A stretch of 64,000 bases of DNA. It comes from an uncultured bacterium. Lineage in GTDB: Bacteria > Margulisbacteria > WOR-1 > CAVSGV01. Below, one piece after another: positions 41,889-51,425 of the stretch (its first letter is position 1; every line of letters begins with the position of its first letter). The notes under the pieces were generated by a model that did not search any database, was not told where the DNA came from, and saw nothing but the letters and a program-made list of their open reading frames with translations. The DNA lies in the NCBI GenBank assembly GCA_963768305.1, contig CAVYHE010000008.1:216952-280951 (forward strand). The letters run 5' to 3'. Made by a program: the position numbers and the translations under genes.

Positions 41889-42371
41889 ATGGCTTTAACT
41901 GGAGTACATGAACATGGATTTATAAGGGTTAGAGGATACGAACATCTACCCAGGGAGGCTTATGCCGGATTGACTCAGGGCTTGATTCGTAATGTTACCT
42001 GTTTGCCGGCTAAAATCAGCAATAAAATAGAGGTGCTTGAGTCAAAAGTTCACGTGCCCGCTAAACCATTAGAAGACGCATTGCAAAAAATAAATATTTA
42101 TACGTACACAAAATACGGGGTCCTTGGTTGTGGAGGCAGTTATAAGTATTACAGCCTTTTTGGACAAGCAATGAGTCTATTTAGAGACCACCTTGAGCGG
42201 GAAAAAGCATTTATCGGAGTAACGATTGGTGTTGAAACTGATCTTCTTGGTGAAACACGTCCGGGAGCCCCTGTTCAGCTGAATTTCGAGATGTTTGAAA
42301 AGACAGGCGGCCAACCGAAAAGATTTGGGCAGATAATTCGCATTGATCTAGAAGGGATGATTACGGAATAA
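41889..42371 (+). CDS. orphan protein
   Basis: AGGAAG before ATG; ~160-aa ORF. Confidence 0.65.
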   Translation: MALTGVHEHGFIRVRGYEHLPREAYAGLTQGLIRNVTCLPAKISNKIEVLESKVHVPAKPLEDALQKINIYTYTKYGVLGCGGSYKYYSLFGQAMSLFRDHLEREKAFIGVTIGVETDLLGETRPGAPVQLNFEMFEKTGGQPKRFGQIIRIDLEGMITE

Positions 42372-42388
42372 TAAGCCGGTTCGTTGTT

Positions 42389-45013
42389 TTATGAACTTAA
42401 AGACTTAATCTGTGTCTGAATTGTCACTTTCTGTTTACTGAATTCTTCTACCCTGCCCTTCCATTCAGCCAATACATCGTCAGGAATGTTCTTGTTCGCG
42501 GAAATTCTTTGCTGCATTTTTTCTATTTCGATATCTAATCCAATAAGCTTTTCCTTAAGCCGTGCAATTTCTTTATCGAGATCAATTATCCCCTTGAGCG
42601 GGACATATATGCTGATCCCCGGAAGGACAGCTGCCGCGGAACCTTCCGTTTTGTCAGCTAATTTCGACCTGATATCGAGTTTTTCAAGCCGCGCGAGCGC
42701 TTTTATATATGTCTTTTGTTGGTCGCCGATCACTTTAGAAGTAACGACATACGCCGTAAGTTCCTTTGAATGCGGAATATTAAGCGACGCCCTAATATTT
42801 CTGATAGCTTTGACAACACTTTTTATTGTGTCGACTTCTTCCTCGATCTTCTCGTTCATCAAAGACTTATCGGCTTCCGGCCATTTCGCCAGCATTATCG
42901 TTTTATGTTTTTCCTCTCTCATCTCCGATCTCTCATCTCTAATTTTTTGCCATATCTCCTCGGTTATGAACGGCATGAACGGATGCAAAAGCTTCATCGT
43001 CCCCTCGAAAACATCGATCATGACCTTTTGCGAAGCCTCGATCTTCGACATTTCCACGTACCAGTCGCAGTATTCGCTCCAGATAAAATCATAAAGCCGC
43101 CTCGCTGATTCCCCGAGATCAAAATCTTCAAGGTTTGCCGTGATATCGCCGATGGTTTTGTTATATCTGCTCAAGATCCATTTGTCAGCTAATGACAGCT
43201 TTGAACTTTTAACTCTTAACTCATAACTCAGAACAAACCTCGCCGCATTCCATATCTTGTTGCTGAAATTCCTTGCTTCAGTTATCTTTTCTTCCGATAA
43301 TTTAATATCTTGGCCCTGTCCCGAGATCAAGGACACAAGGGCAAAACGCAAAGCGTCAGCCCCTACCCTGTCGATCACATTGACCGGGTCGATCACATTG
43401 CCGAGCGACTTGCTCATTTTCTTGCCCGTTACGTCCCTTATAAGCCCGTGGATGAATATTTTCGAGAACGGCTCCTTTTTCATGAACTTAAGGCCCATCA
43501 CTATCATCTTCGATACCCAGAAAGTGATGATGTCATATCCCGTAACGAGGACCGAAGTGGGATAATATTTTTTCAGGTCGGCCGTATCGTCCGGCCATCC
43601 TAAAGTTGAGAAAGGCCAGAGTGAGGATGAGAACCAGGTATCCAGAACGTCCGGATCTTGTGTTAAATTTGAGCCTCCGCACTTGGGGCATTTAGTTGGA
43701 GTTTCCTCTGATACGATGATCTCTCCGCATTTGCAAGTCCAGGCAGGAATGCGGTGTCCCCACCATATCTGTCGTGAAATACACCAGTCGCGGTGGTTCT
43801 CCATCCAGTTAAGGTAAACCTTTGTCCAGCGGTCGGGAATATACTCGATCTTCCTGTCCTCAACGGCCTGAATGGCCGGACGGACAAGCTCTTTCATCCT
43901 TATGAACCATTGGTCTGAAAGATACGGCTCGATGATCGTCTTGCATCTGTAGCATCTGCCGATCTTGTTCTTGTAATCCTCGATCTTTTCAAGGTAACCT
44001 TCTTTTTCAAGGTCAGATACGATGATCTCTCTCAGCTTGACGCGGTCAACGCCTTCGTAAGAAGCGATATTCTTCTGCTCATCTTTCGGAAAATGATTGA
44101 CCCACACTTTTCCGTCGGGATGCATCATGATGATCTGCGGAAGGTTGTGGCGCAATCCTATTTCATAGTCGTTCGGATCGTGCGCGGGAGTGACCTTCAC
44201 GGCGCCTGTCCCGAATTTAGGATCGACAAAATCATCTTTTATGACAGGTATCCTTCGCCCGACAAGCGGAAGCATCAGCATTTTGCCTATGAGATGTTTA
44301 TATCTTTCATCCGACGGATTAACGGCGACAGCCACATCTCCCAGCATCGTCTCCGGCCTGGTCGTGGCGACGGTCACGAATTCATTTGACCCTTCGACCG
44401 GATATTTCAGATACCAGAGTTTTCCATTCTCTTCCGTATACTCGACTTCGATATCAGAAATAGCCGTTTTGCATCTGGGGCACCAGTTGATTATCCTTTT
44501 TCCGCGGTAGATAAGCCCGTCATTGTACAAGGAAACAAAAGCTTTCCTGACGGCGCGGGAAAGCCCTTCATCCATAGTGAACCGCTCCCTGCTCCAGTCG
44601 CAGGACGCTCCCAGGCGTCGGAGCTGAGTTGTAATGCGCCCGCCGTAAGTTTCTTTCCATTTCCATACCATCTCGACGAATTTTTCCCTGCCGACATCCT
44701 CTTTCCGTTTTTTCTCCTTGCCGAGTTCTTTTTCGACAACATTTTGCGTGGCGATCCCTGCGTGGTCCGTTCCCGGCACCCAGAGAGTCTCGATGCCTTT
44801 CATGCGGTTGAACCTGGAAAGTATGTCCTGTATCGAATTGTCCAGCGCGTGTCCCATGTGGAGGGATCCTGTGACATTCGGTGGCGGGATAACTATCACG
44901 AACGGCTTTCCTGACGACGGCCGTGGCTTGAAGTATCCGCTCTCCTCCCAGACCTTGTACCATTTCTGTTCGACAGTTGCCGCATCGTAAACTTTATTCA
45001 GTTCTTCCGCCAA
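42389..45013 (-). CDS. valS: valyl-tRNA synthetase
   Basis: PPPNVTGSLHMGH, DWCISRQIWWGH, DVLDTWFSS, KMSKS. Confidence 0.98.
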   Translation of the reverse strand: MAEELNKVYDAATVEQKWYKVWEESGYFKPRPSSGKPFVIVIPPPNVTGSLHMGHALDNSIQDILSRFNRMKGIETLWVPGTDHAGIATQNVVEKELGKEKKRKEDVGREKFVEMVWKWKETYGGRITTQLRRLGASCDWSRERFTMDEGLSRAVRKAFVSLYNDGLIYRGKRIINWCPRCKTAISDIEVEYTEENGKLWYLKYPVEGSNEFVTVATTRPETMLGDVAVAVNPSDERYKHLIGKMLMLPLVGRRIPVIKDDFVDPKFGTGAVKVTPAHDPNDYEIGLRHNLPQIIMMHPDGKVWVNHFPKDEQKNIASYEGVDRVKLREIIVSDLEKEGYLEKIEDYKNKIGRCYRCKTIIEPYLSDQWFIRMKELVRPAIQAVEDRKIEYIPDRWTKVYLNWMENHRDWCISRQIWWGHRIPAWTCKCGEIIVSEETPTKCPKCGGSNLTQDPDVLDTWFSSSLWPFSTLGWPDDTADLKKYYPTSVLVTGYDIITFWVSKMIVMGLKFMKKEPFSKIFIHGLIRDVTGKKMSKSLGNVIDPVNVIDRVGADALRFALVSLISGQGQDIKLSEEKITEARNFSNKIWNAARFVLSYELRVKSSKLSLADKWILSRYNKTIGDITANLEDFDLGESARRLYDFIWSEYCDWYVEMSKIEASQKVMIDVFEGTMKLLHPFMPFITEEIWQKIRDERSEMREEKHKTIMLAKWPEADKSLMNEKIEEEVDTIKSVVKAIRNIRASLNIPHSKELTAYVVTSKVIGDQQKTYIKALARLEKLDIRSKLADKTEGSAAAVLPGISIYVPLKGIIDLDKEIARLKEKLIGLDIEIEKMQQRISANKNIPDDVLAEWKGRVEEFSKQKVTIQTQIKSLSS

Positions 45014-45025
45014 GTTATCTCCTTA

Positions 45026-45916
45026 TCACAAATAAGTTTCGAGTATTTTTCCCTCGTCAAAATCATCGAGCATCAGGTATTCTTTCATCCCAGGGAAAGT
45101 CGCGTCCTTCGGGACCAGGCCGACGATCTCGGAATTAAGGATCGATATGTTCTTTGCCGCGCACTCTTTCTTTACCCTGTCCATCAAAGTTTTGAGCGAT
45201 GTTTTCTTGTAATGCGTCACGTTGATCGTGACTTGGACTTTCTTTTTTGAATGCAGCGGAACACCCAGAGCTCTTATCCCGGGAAGGCCACCGTCCTTTT
45301 CCCTTATCCTTTTCGCTATGTCCTTCGCCGCCGAAAGATCATCGGTATCAAGATTGACATTGAAAGCGATCAGAAAGTCCCTCGCGCCTATCGCCACTGC
45401 CCCCGCGGTTGGATGTATCTTTGGTTCGCCGAAGTCCGGCCTGAAATCTTTGGTAGATATCGCCGACCGCAAATGTTCCAATCCGCCGTGCCTGATATTG
45501 CTCAAATGCTTAAAATTGCCGTTCCTTGCCGCTTCACCGTAGAGGTAGACGGGGATATTCAATTTTTCTGCGACCTGCTTCCCAAGTTTTTTTGCAAGAT
45601 CTTTACAATCGTTCATGTTCGCGCCCTGCAAAGGAATGAACGGTACCACGTCCACAACACCGATGAACGGATGGACGCCGACCTGTTTATTGACGTCTAT
45701 CAGTTTCGCAGCCGTTTCGATCGAGCTATAAGCGGCAAAGATGACATTTTCGTGCGTCCCGATAAAGGTCACTACAAGCCGGTTATGGTCCTCATCATAA
45801 GACTGGTCTATTACGTCCACGGAATAGGCTTTTATGGAATCGACTATCTTGTGGATGACCGTACTGTCATGGCCGACGCTGAAGTTCGGGACGCATTCGA
45901 TAAGCTTTACCTTTAT
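45026..45916 (-). CDS. ftcD: glutamate formiminotransferase (start codon unclear)
   Basis: IECVPNFS.G, D.DHNR.V.T, HP..G..DV.PF, HPTAGAVAIGAR..LIAFN. Confidence 0.9.
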   Translation of the reverse strand: MKVKLIECVPNFSVGHDSTVIHKIVDSIKAYSVDVIDQSYDEDHNRLVVTFIGTHENVIFAAYSSIETAAKLIDVNKQVGVHPFIGVVDVVPFIPLQGANMNDCKDLAKKLGKQVAEKLNIPVYLYGEAARNGNFKHLSNIRHGGLEHLRSAISTKDFRPDFGEPKIHPTAGAVAIGARDFLIAFNVNLDTDDLSAAKDIAKRIREKDGGLPGIRALGVPLHSKKKVQVTINVTHYKKTSLKTLMDRVKKECAAKNISILNSEIVGLVPKDATFPGMKEYLMLDDFDEGKILETYL

Positions 45917-45929
45917 CCCCTGTTTTTCT

Positions 45930-47762
45930 TCAGTCCGATCTTGATCTTTTTTCTTCGGTCCCGTTCTTTGCTTTAAGCCCCAGATCATTGAATACTTTCT
46001 CCAGTTCATCGCCCTCAAGCGTTTCCACTTCCTTCATCTTTTTCGCGATGATCTCCAGCTTGCTCCTGTTCGCCATCAATACTTTCTTTGCCCTTTTTTG
46101 GCAGGTCTCGATTATGAATTCTATCTCCTTGTCGATGGCGTCGGCGGTCATGTCTCCGTAATCTTTCTGCTCGCCCAGGTCGCGGCCCAGGAACACCTGC
46201 CGGTCGCGCTTTCCGAAAGTGCGCGGCCCCAGCCTGCTCATGCCGAATTCGCAGACCATCCTTTTCGCGACTTCTGTGGCGTGCTCCAGGTCGTTGTGGG
46301 CGCCGGAAGTAAGTTCATTGAAGATCATTTCCTCTGAGACCCTTCCGCCCAGCATCACCGTCACCTGGTCCATCGCCTGGCTTTTTGTTATCAAATATTT
46401 GTCTTCAATGGGCAATTGTAATGTGTAACCGAGCGCAAGCCCTCTGGGAAGGATGGATATTTTGTGGACGGGATCGGCATTGGGCAAAAGCCTGGCCAGC
46501 ATCGCGTGCCCGACTTCGTGGTATGAAACGATGTCTTTTTCCCGGTCGTTGATGACCTTGCTCTTTTTTTCCGGTCCGGCAATGACCCTGTCCGTCGCTT
46601 CCCCGACTTCCCTCATTGATATGTCTTTCCTGTTAGCGCGGGCCGCCAATATCGCGGCTTCATTCAAAAGATTTTCCAGGTCAGCTCCGGTGAATCCCGG
46701 TGTGCGCCTTGCCACAATGGAGAGATCAACTTCTTTCGCGAAAGGTTTTCCTTTTGCGTGGATCTTAAGTATGCCTAGCCTTCCGTTAAGGTCCGGCTTA
46801 TCCAGAACTATCTGCCTGTCAAACCTTCCGGGCCTGAGCAGCGCCGGGTCAAGTATGTCGGGCCTGTTCGTCGCGGCAACAACAATGATATTCGTGTTCG
46901 GGTCAAATCCGTCCATTTCGACTAGCAGCTGATTCAATGTTTGTTCTCTTTCATCGTGTCCGCCGCCGAGCCCCGCGCCGCGGTGCCTTCCGACCGCGTC
47001 AATTTCATCCATGAAAATTATGCACGGCGTCTGCTTTTTCGCCTGCAGGAAAAGATCGCGGACCCTTGACGCGCCCACCCCGACGAACATTTCCACAAAA
47101 TCTGATCCGGATATGGAAAAGAACGGAACTCCGGCTTCTCCCGCTATCGCCCGCGCCAGAAGAGTCTTTCCAGTTCCCGGAGCTCCCATTAATAAAAGGC
47201 CTTTCGGTATCTTCGCGCCGAGTTTCTGGAATTTCTGCGGGGTTTTCAGGAATTCGACTATCTCCTTCAGCTCTTCTTTTGCCTCATCGACTCCGGCGAC
47301 ATCGGCAAAGGTTATTTTTGTATTATCCTTAAGCGGTTTTGCCCTGGACTTTCCGAAAGAAAGCGCCTGGCCCGAAGAGCTGGACGCCTGCCTCATGAGC
47401 AGCCACCAGAGCCCGGCGAAGAACATGAGCGGAAGAACAAGCTGGACCAGGAGGTTCCAGAACCATCCGGAATCGGACGGCGGTTCCACTTTGATATTGA
47501 TGCCCTTGTTCCTCAGCGTGGGAATAAGGTCGGGATAATTAAGGGCGCGCGTTTTGAATGCCATCCCCGTCGCCAGCTTTCCGGTAAAAACATCCCCGCC
47601 GACGGACACTTCCCTGACCTTGCCCTGGTCCACCTGGTTCATGAACTCGGTGAAAGAAAGCTCCTGGACCTTCGGCTGATTGCCGAAAAGCGGCGCCAGA
47701 AGCGACACGATTATCAGCAGGAACAAAAGGTAAAAGAATAGATTTTTCCAGGCGTCTTTCAT
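45930..47762 (-). CDS. ftsH: ATP-dependent zinc metalloprotease FtsH
   Basis: [34 protein letters not shown]. Confidence 0.98.
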   Translation of the reverse strand: MKDAWKNLFFYLLFLLIIVSLLAPLFGNQPKVQELSFTEFMNQVDQGKVREVSVGGDVFTGKLATGMAFKTRALNYPDLIPTLRNKGINIKVEPPSDSGWFWNLLVQLVLPLMFFAGLWWLLMRQASSSSGQALSFGKSRAKPLKDNTKITFADVAGVDEAKEELKEIVEFLKTPQKFQKLGAKIPKGLLLMGAPGTGKTLLARAIAGEAGVPFFSISGSDFVEMFVGVGASRVRDLFLQAKKQTPCIIFMDEIDAVGRHRGAGLGGGHDEREQTLNQLLVEMDGFDPNTNIIVVAATNRPDILDPALLRPGRFDRQIVLDKPDLNGRLGILKIHAKGKPFAKEVDLSIVARRTPGFTGADLENLLNEAAILAARANRKDISMREVGEATDRVIAGPEKKSKVINDREKDIVSYHEVGHAMLARLLPNADPVHKISILPRGLALGYTLQLPIEDKYLITKSQAMDQVTVMLGGRVSEEMIFNELTSGAHNDLEHATEVAKRMVCEFGMSRLGPRTFGKRDRQVFLGRDLGEQKDYGDMTADAIDKEIEFIIETCQKRAKKVLMANRSKLEIIAKKMKEVETLEGDELEKVFNDLGLKAKNGTEEKRSRSD

Positions 47763-47810
47763 AAGGGTTGAATTATATCATAATGAGGAAGGGGACGCGA
47801 GAGCCGACCG

Positions 47811-48788
47811 CTAAAACCCGTCGCGGTATTGTTTCAGGTTTTCCCGCAAATTTTTCCTAATTCTCTTTTCAAGTTGGCGAACATCTTCGCTGCTAACGTG
47901 CAAGATTTCACCCAATTGTCTATAGCTTAGACGAGGCTTACCGTCCAGCTCAAAACGGTACTCAATGATCGTCCTGTCTCGCTTGGGCAGCCGTCTTAAA
48001 CATTTGTTCACATTTTCTTCCAATATTTTTTGGAAAGTTTCTTTATCCGGAAGCGAGGTCTTATGGTCAGGCACAAGATCGCCCAGCGCGCAATTGTTTT
48101 CATCTCTATGTTTTACGCTTTTCTGCGGCGGAGCATCCAGGGAAAGCAGCCAGCGGGACATTTGAATATATTCTTTGATTTCCTTTACGGGACGCTTGGA
48201 CCTTTCCGCGATCCTTTCCACGGAAGGTTCTCCTTCTAATTCCTTGTGAAGGTCATCCTCATGTTTGCTTATCTTGTTCCATTCGTTCAAACGATTGATC
48301 GGAATAGAGATCTGGTACTGGCTGACAAACGAGGAAGTTATTGCCTGCCTGATCCAAAAGATAGCGTAGCTTGGGAAAGTAGCGCCTTGGCCGAGCATGA
48401 ATTTTCTTATTGCCGGGAGAAAGCCTTGATTCCCCAAGTCAATAAGCTCAGAAAGAGGTTTACCCTTATTTACATATCTTTGGGCAACAGAGATCACAAG
48501 GCCGATATTGAACTTGATCAGCTTATCTCTGGCCTTAAGATTGCCATTTTGAGCTAGTATCGCCAGCTTGGCCTGCACTTTAGTGCTAAGGATCTTATGT
48601 CTAAAGCTACCCTTTGAATTCAATGATTCCAGATAAGCCCTGTCCTCTTCATTCAAGGGGATCTTATTAATATTAAACCAGGACATTTTTCCGAAGGCAT
48701 GAAGTGTTTGCCTCCCCTGGTTGGATCTGATCTTATTGACCACGAAAATTCTCCTTATAGAATAAAGGTCATGCTGCGCCCCGCGCAT
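47811..48788 (-). CDS. divergent RpoD/RpoS-type sigma70 factor
   Basis: NIGLVISVAQRY, FPSYAIFWIRQAI, LSLDAP, LGDLVPD, region 4 HTH-like C-terminus. Confidence 0.85.
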   Translation of the reverse strand: MRGAQHDLYSIRRIFVVNKIRSNQGRQTLHAFGKMSWFNINKIPLNEEDRAYLESLNSKGSFRHKILSTKVQAKLAILAQNGNLKARDKLIKFNIGLVISVAQRYVNKGKPLSELIDLGNQGFLPAIRKFMLGQGATFPSYAIFWIRQAITSSFVSQYQISIPINRLNEWNKISKHEDDLHKELEGEPSVERIAERSKRPVKEIKEYIQMSRWLLSLDAPPQKSVKHRDENNCALGDLVPDHKTSLPDKETFQKILEENVNKCLRRLPKRDRTIIEYRFELDGKPRLSYRQLGEILHVSSEDVRQLEKRIRKNLRENLKQYRDGF

Positions 48789-48812
48789 GCCATAGCGAAC
48801 GCCTCTTGGTAT

Positions 48813-48840
48813 ATATCGAGAAAAATCGGGGGGAATTTCA
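48813..48840 (-). promoter_or_regulatory. sigma28-like promoter motif
   Basis: TGAAA-N17-CGATAT. Confidence 0.65.
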
Positions 48841-48845
48841 GTCTT

Positions 48846-49703
48846 TCAGCGCTTTTTGTTCTCTCTTGCCTTGACTTCCGCCCAAACCGCGTCCATCTCC
48901 GGCAAAGTAAGTTTATTGACGTGCCTTCCGCTTTTTTTCGCGTGAAGCTCTATCTCCTTGAACCGCCTCATGAATTTTGACGTGGCGTTCTGCAGTGCTT
49001 CCTCCGGATCGATATCAAGTTTCCTTGAAACATTCACTACCGCAAATAACAGATCTCCTATTTCCTCGCCAAGCATATGTTTTTGTTTGGGATTTGGGGT
49101 TTTGAATTATTTTGATCTTTGAGCTTTGAACTTTGGATTTTGAAGCTACGCATAAGCTCAAGTATTTCTCTCTTCTCTTCTTCAACTTTATGCCATGCGC
49201 CGGCTACGCTGTTCCAATCGAATCCCACCCTTGCCGCCCTTCTTTGAACTTTATCCGCTCGGTACAGCGCCGGGAGAGCATGGGGGATGCTTTCAATATG
49301 CCGATATGCTTGTCGCCTTTTTCAGCGTTCTCCTTGCCTTTTATCTCCTCCCATTTTTTCCAAACCTCCTCCACGCTTTTCACTTTGCTTTTTGAGAACA
49401 CATGGGGATGGCGCCTTACCATTTTCGCGGAGATCGAATCAATGACATCGTCGATCGTGAATTTTTTTCTTCCCTTCCCATCTCCGCCTGCATGACGATG
49501 TGAAGGAGCATGTCGCCCAGCTCTTCCGCGAGCTTCGTGTAATCCTTGGAGTCTATGGCTTCCAGCGCTTCATAAACTTCTTCCACCATGTAAGGTTTCA
49601 ATGTTTTATGAGTCTGGACTCGGTCCCACGGGCATCCGTTCTTCGCGCGCAGTCGGCGGACTATCTGGACAAGTTTATTGAATTTTTCATGGGGCTTTGG
49701 CAT
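48846..49703 (-). CDS. mazG: nucleoside triphosphate pyrophosphohydrolase (frameshifted)
   Basis: GCPWDRVQT, EEVYE, EELGD, RRHPHVF, EEIGDLLFAVVN across three frames. Confidence 0.92.
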
Positions 49704-49736
49704 GAGAAAGCAATATTACCATAAAAAAAAGACCCT

Positions 49737-49776
49737 AAAAAAGACCCCTGGGAAATCTCCAGGGGCCTATTTTTTT
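49737..49776. terminator. bidirectional intrinsic terminator
   Basis: A run, cccctgg...ccagggg stem, T run. Confidence 0.7.
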
Positions 49777-49790
49777 AAACCAATAGCAGA

Positions 49791-50320
49791 TTACAGGGTA
49801 AAATCGTACTGCAAGGAAAGCTGGACAGTTGATAACATTTGGTTGAAGCTCTTTATATCGTCTCCCAGGTATTGTCCACCAACGGAAGCATACAAGAAGC
49901 ACATCCATCTCTCAGGTCCAAGATGCCAACAAGCGGGGTCTTCGCTGAAAAAAGCAGATCAAGCGAAGTCTCTTGTATTATCAGATGCCTTGTCTCCTGG
50001 ATATGCTGCGCATTGCTATTCCCTGTGAAATATATACGGCTGTTAATCCATAATTGATCGGACCATTCATGCCCATCCACCATGTTCCGCCGAAAAGCAT
50101 ACCGATATTTGCGTCAATATCTTCTCCCATGCCAACGCTGGAATATCCCACTAAAATATCATAATCGATATTTTTCAGGTTCCCGGGAGTGATGACGAGG
50201 ATCGGCTGTGAATCCCATGACCGGTGCCGATTAACCGGCAACACCCAATTTCATCGCCGCAAAGGACATAGATGATAAGCCGATCATTAATATCAAAGCC
50301 AAGAAAAATATTTTCTTCAT
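49791..50320 (-). CDS. exported, probably outer-membrane beta-barrel protein (frameshifted)
   Basis: AAGGAGG SD, signal peptide MKKIFFLALILMIGLSSMSFA, C-terminus LSLQYDFTL. Confidence 0.5.
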
Positions 50321-50478
50321 GTATTTTTCACCTCCTTGTTTTCTTGTTTATTTCTCTCACTTGCGGTAATTTTAATATCTATTTTAATAAAGTGCAAGGG
50401 GTTTTTTTGTTGACAATGACCGCAAATATTCTATTATATATAAGAAATTGGATTTAATATTATCAAGGAGGGAAAATC

Positions 50479-51097
50479 GTGAAAAAAATATTCTTTGCTA
50501 TCATTGCCGTCAGTTTATTGGCCGGCGCCTGTTCCGCGGAAAATCTCATGACCGCGCTTCCCATAGGAAAAGATAATCTCGCGATCCAGGGATTCTACAG
50601 TTCTACCGATATAAACGTCGCCGAGTTCCAGCATCACGCAGTTCGGGCCCAGGATCATATACGGGCTGACCGATGATCTGGACATCAGCGGCAAGCTTGC
50701 CATGGGTTCTCTCGCCGGGGTCGGCGCGTCCACCGTGGGAATAGGCGCAAAATACACTTTATTGAGGGTCATGAACGGTGACCCGTTCGACCTGGCCGGC
50801 GTGGTGAACCTTGATTCCTATTCGTCAAATGGTTATGCCGCGGGCTCCATCGGAGCCGGCTTGGAAATAAGCAAATATATAAGGAACAATTTTACAGCTT
50901 ACGGGCTGATGAATATCCTCCAGTATTCGACAAAATACACGGGAACATCGTTGTCATCGGATACGGCGCTTCAGTGGGGCGGCGGCGTGAAATATTTTGT
51001 CAACAGGAAGTTCAGCTTGTTCGGCGAGGTATCCATGTTCTACGCCGGCAGCGAAGGTTACACGACTTTCGCGGTCGCAATGCAGTATATTTTATAA
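50479..51097 (+). CDS. outer-membrane beta-barrel protein (frameshift near 50625)
   Basis: signal peptide; alternating strands GIGAKY, GGGVKY, FAVAMQY. Confidence 0.65.
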
Positions 51098-51112
51098 TGT
51101 AGCGCGGGGCGG

Positions 51113-51316
51113 CTATTCCAGCTCGTTAAGTTCCTTTATCAGCTCGTCCGGATCCAGGCCGTGGACTTCCGCCGCCTGATCCAGCGTTTCCCCTTCGGCT
51201 ATCACGCATCCCAGGCACTGCATGCCTTTGGACATGAGGAATCCCGCTATTTGCGGCTTAAGCTTCAATGCCTGCGCGATGCTCATGTCCTTTGTCAGGT
51301 TGATTTTATTTTCCAA
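51113..51316 (-). CDS. DUF1858 domain protein
   Basis: LTKDMSI, GMQCLGC, ETL.QAA.VHGLD; GGAGG SD before TTG. Confidence 0.85.
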   Translation of the reverse strand: MENKINLTKDMSIAQALKLKPQIAGFLMSKGMQCLGCVIAEGETLDQAAEVHGLDPDELIKELNELE

Positions 51317-51425
51317 AATACCCTCCGATAATACTCTGATAATGATGACATGAGAGCGATAAAAAGGCAATAACTCAAGAGGGGAACATTTACTTAATTC
51401 TGATTTCTGATAATATTAGCGGATT

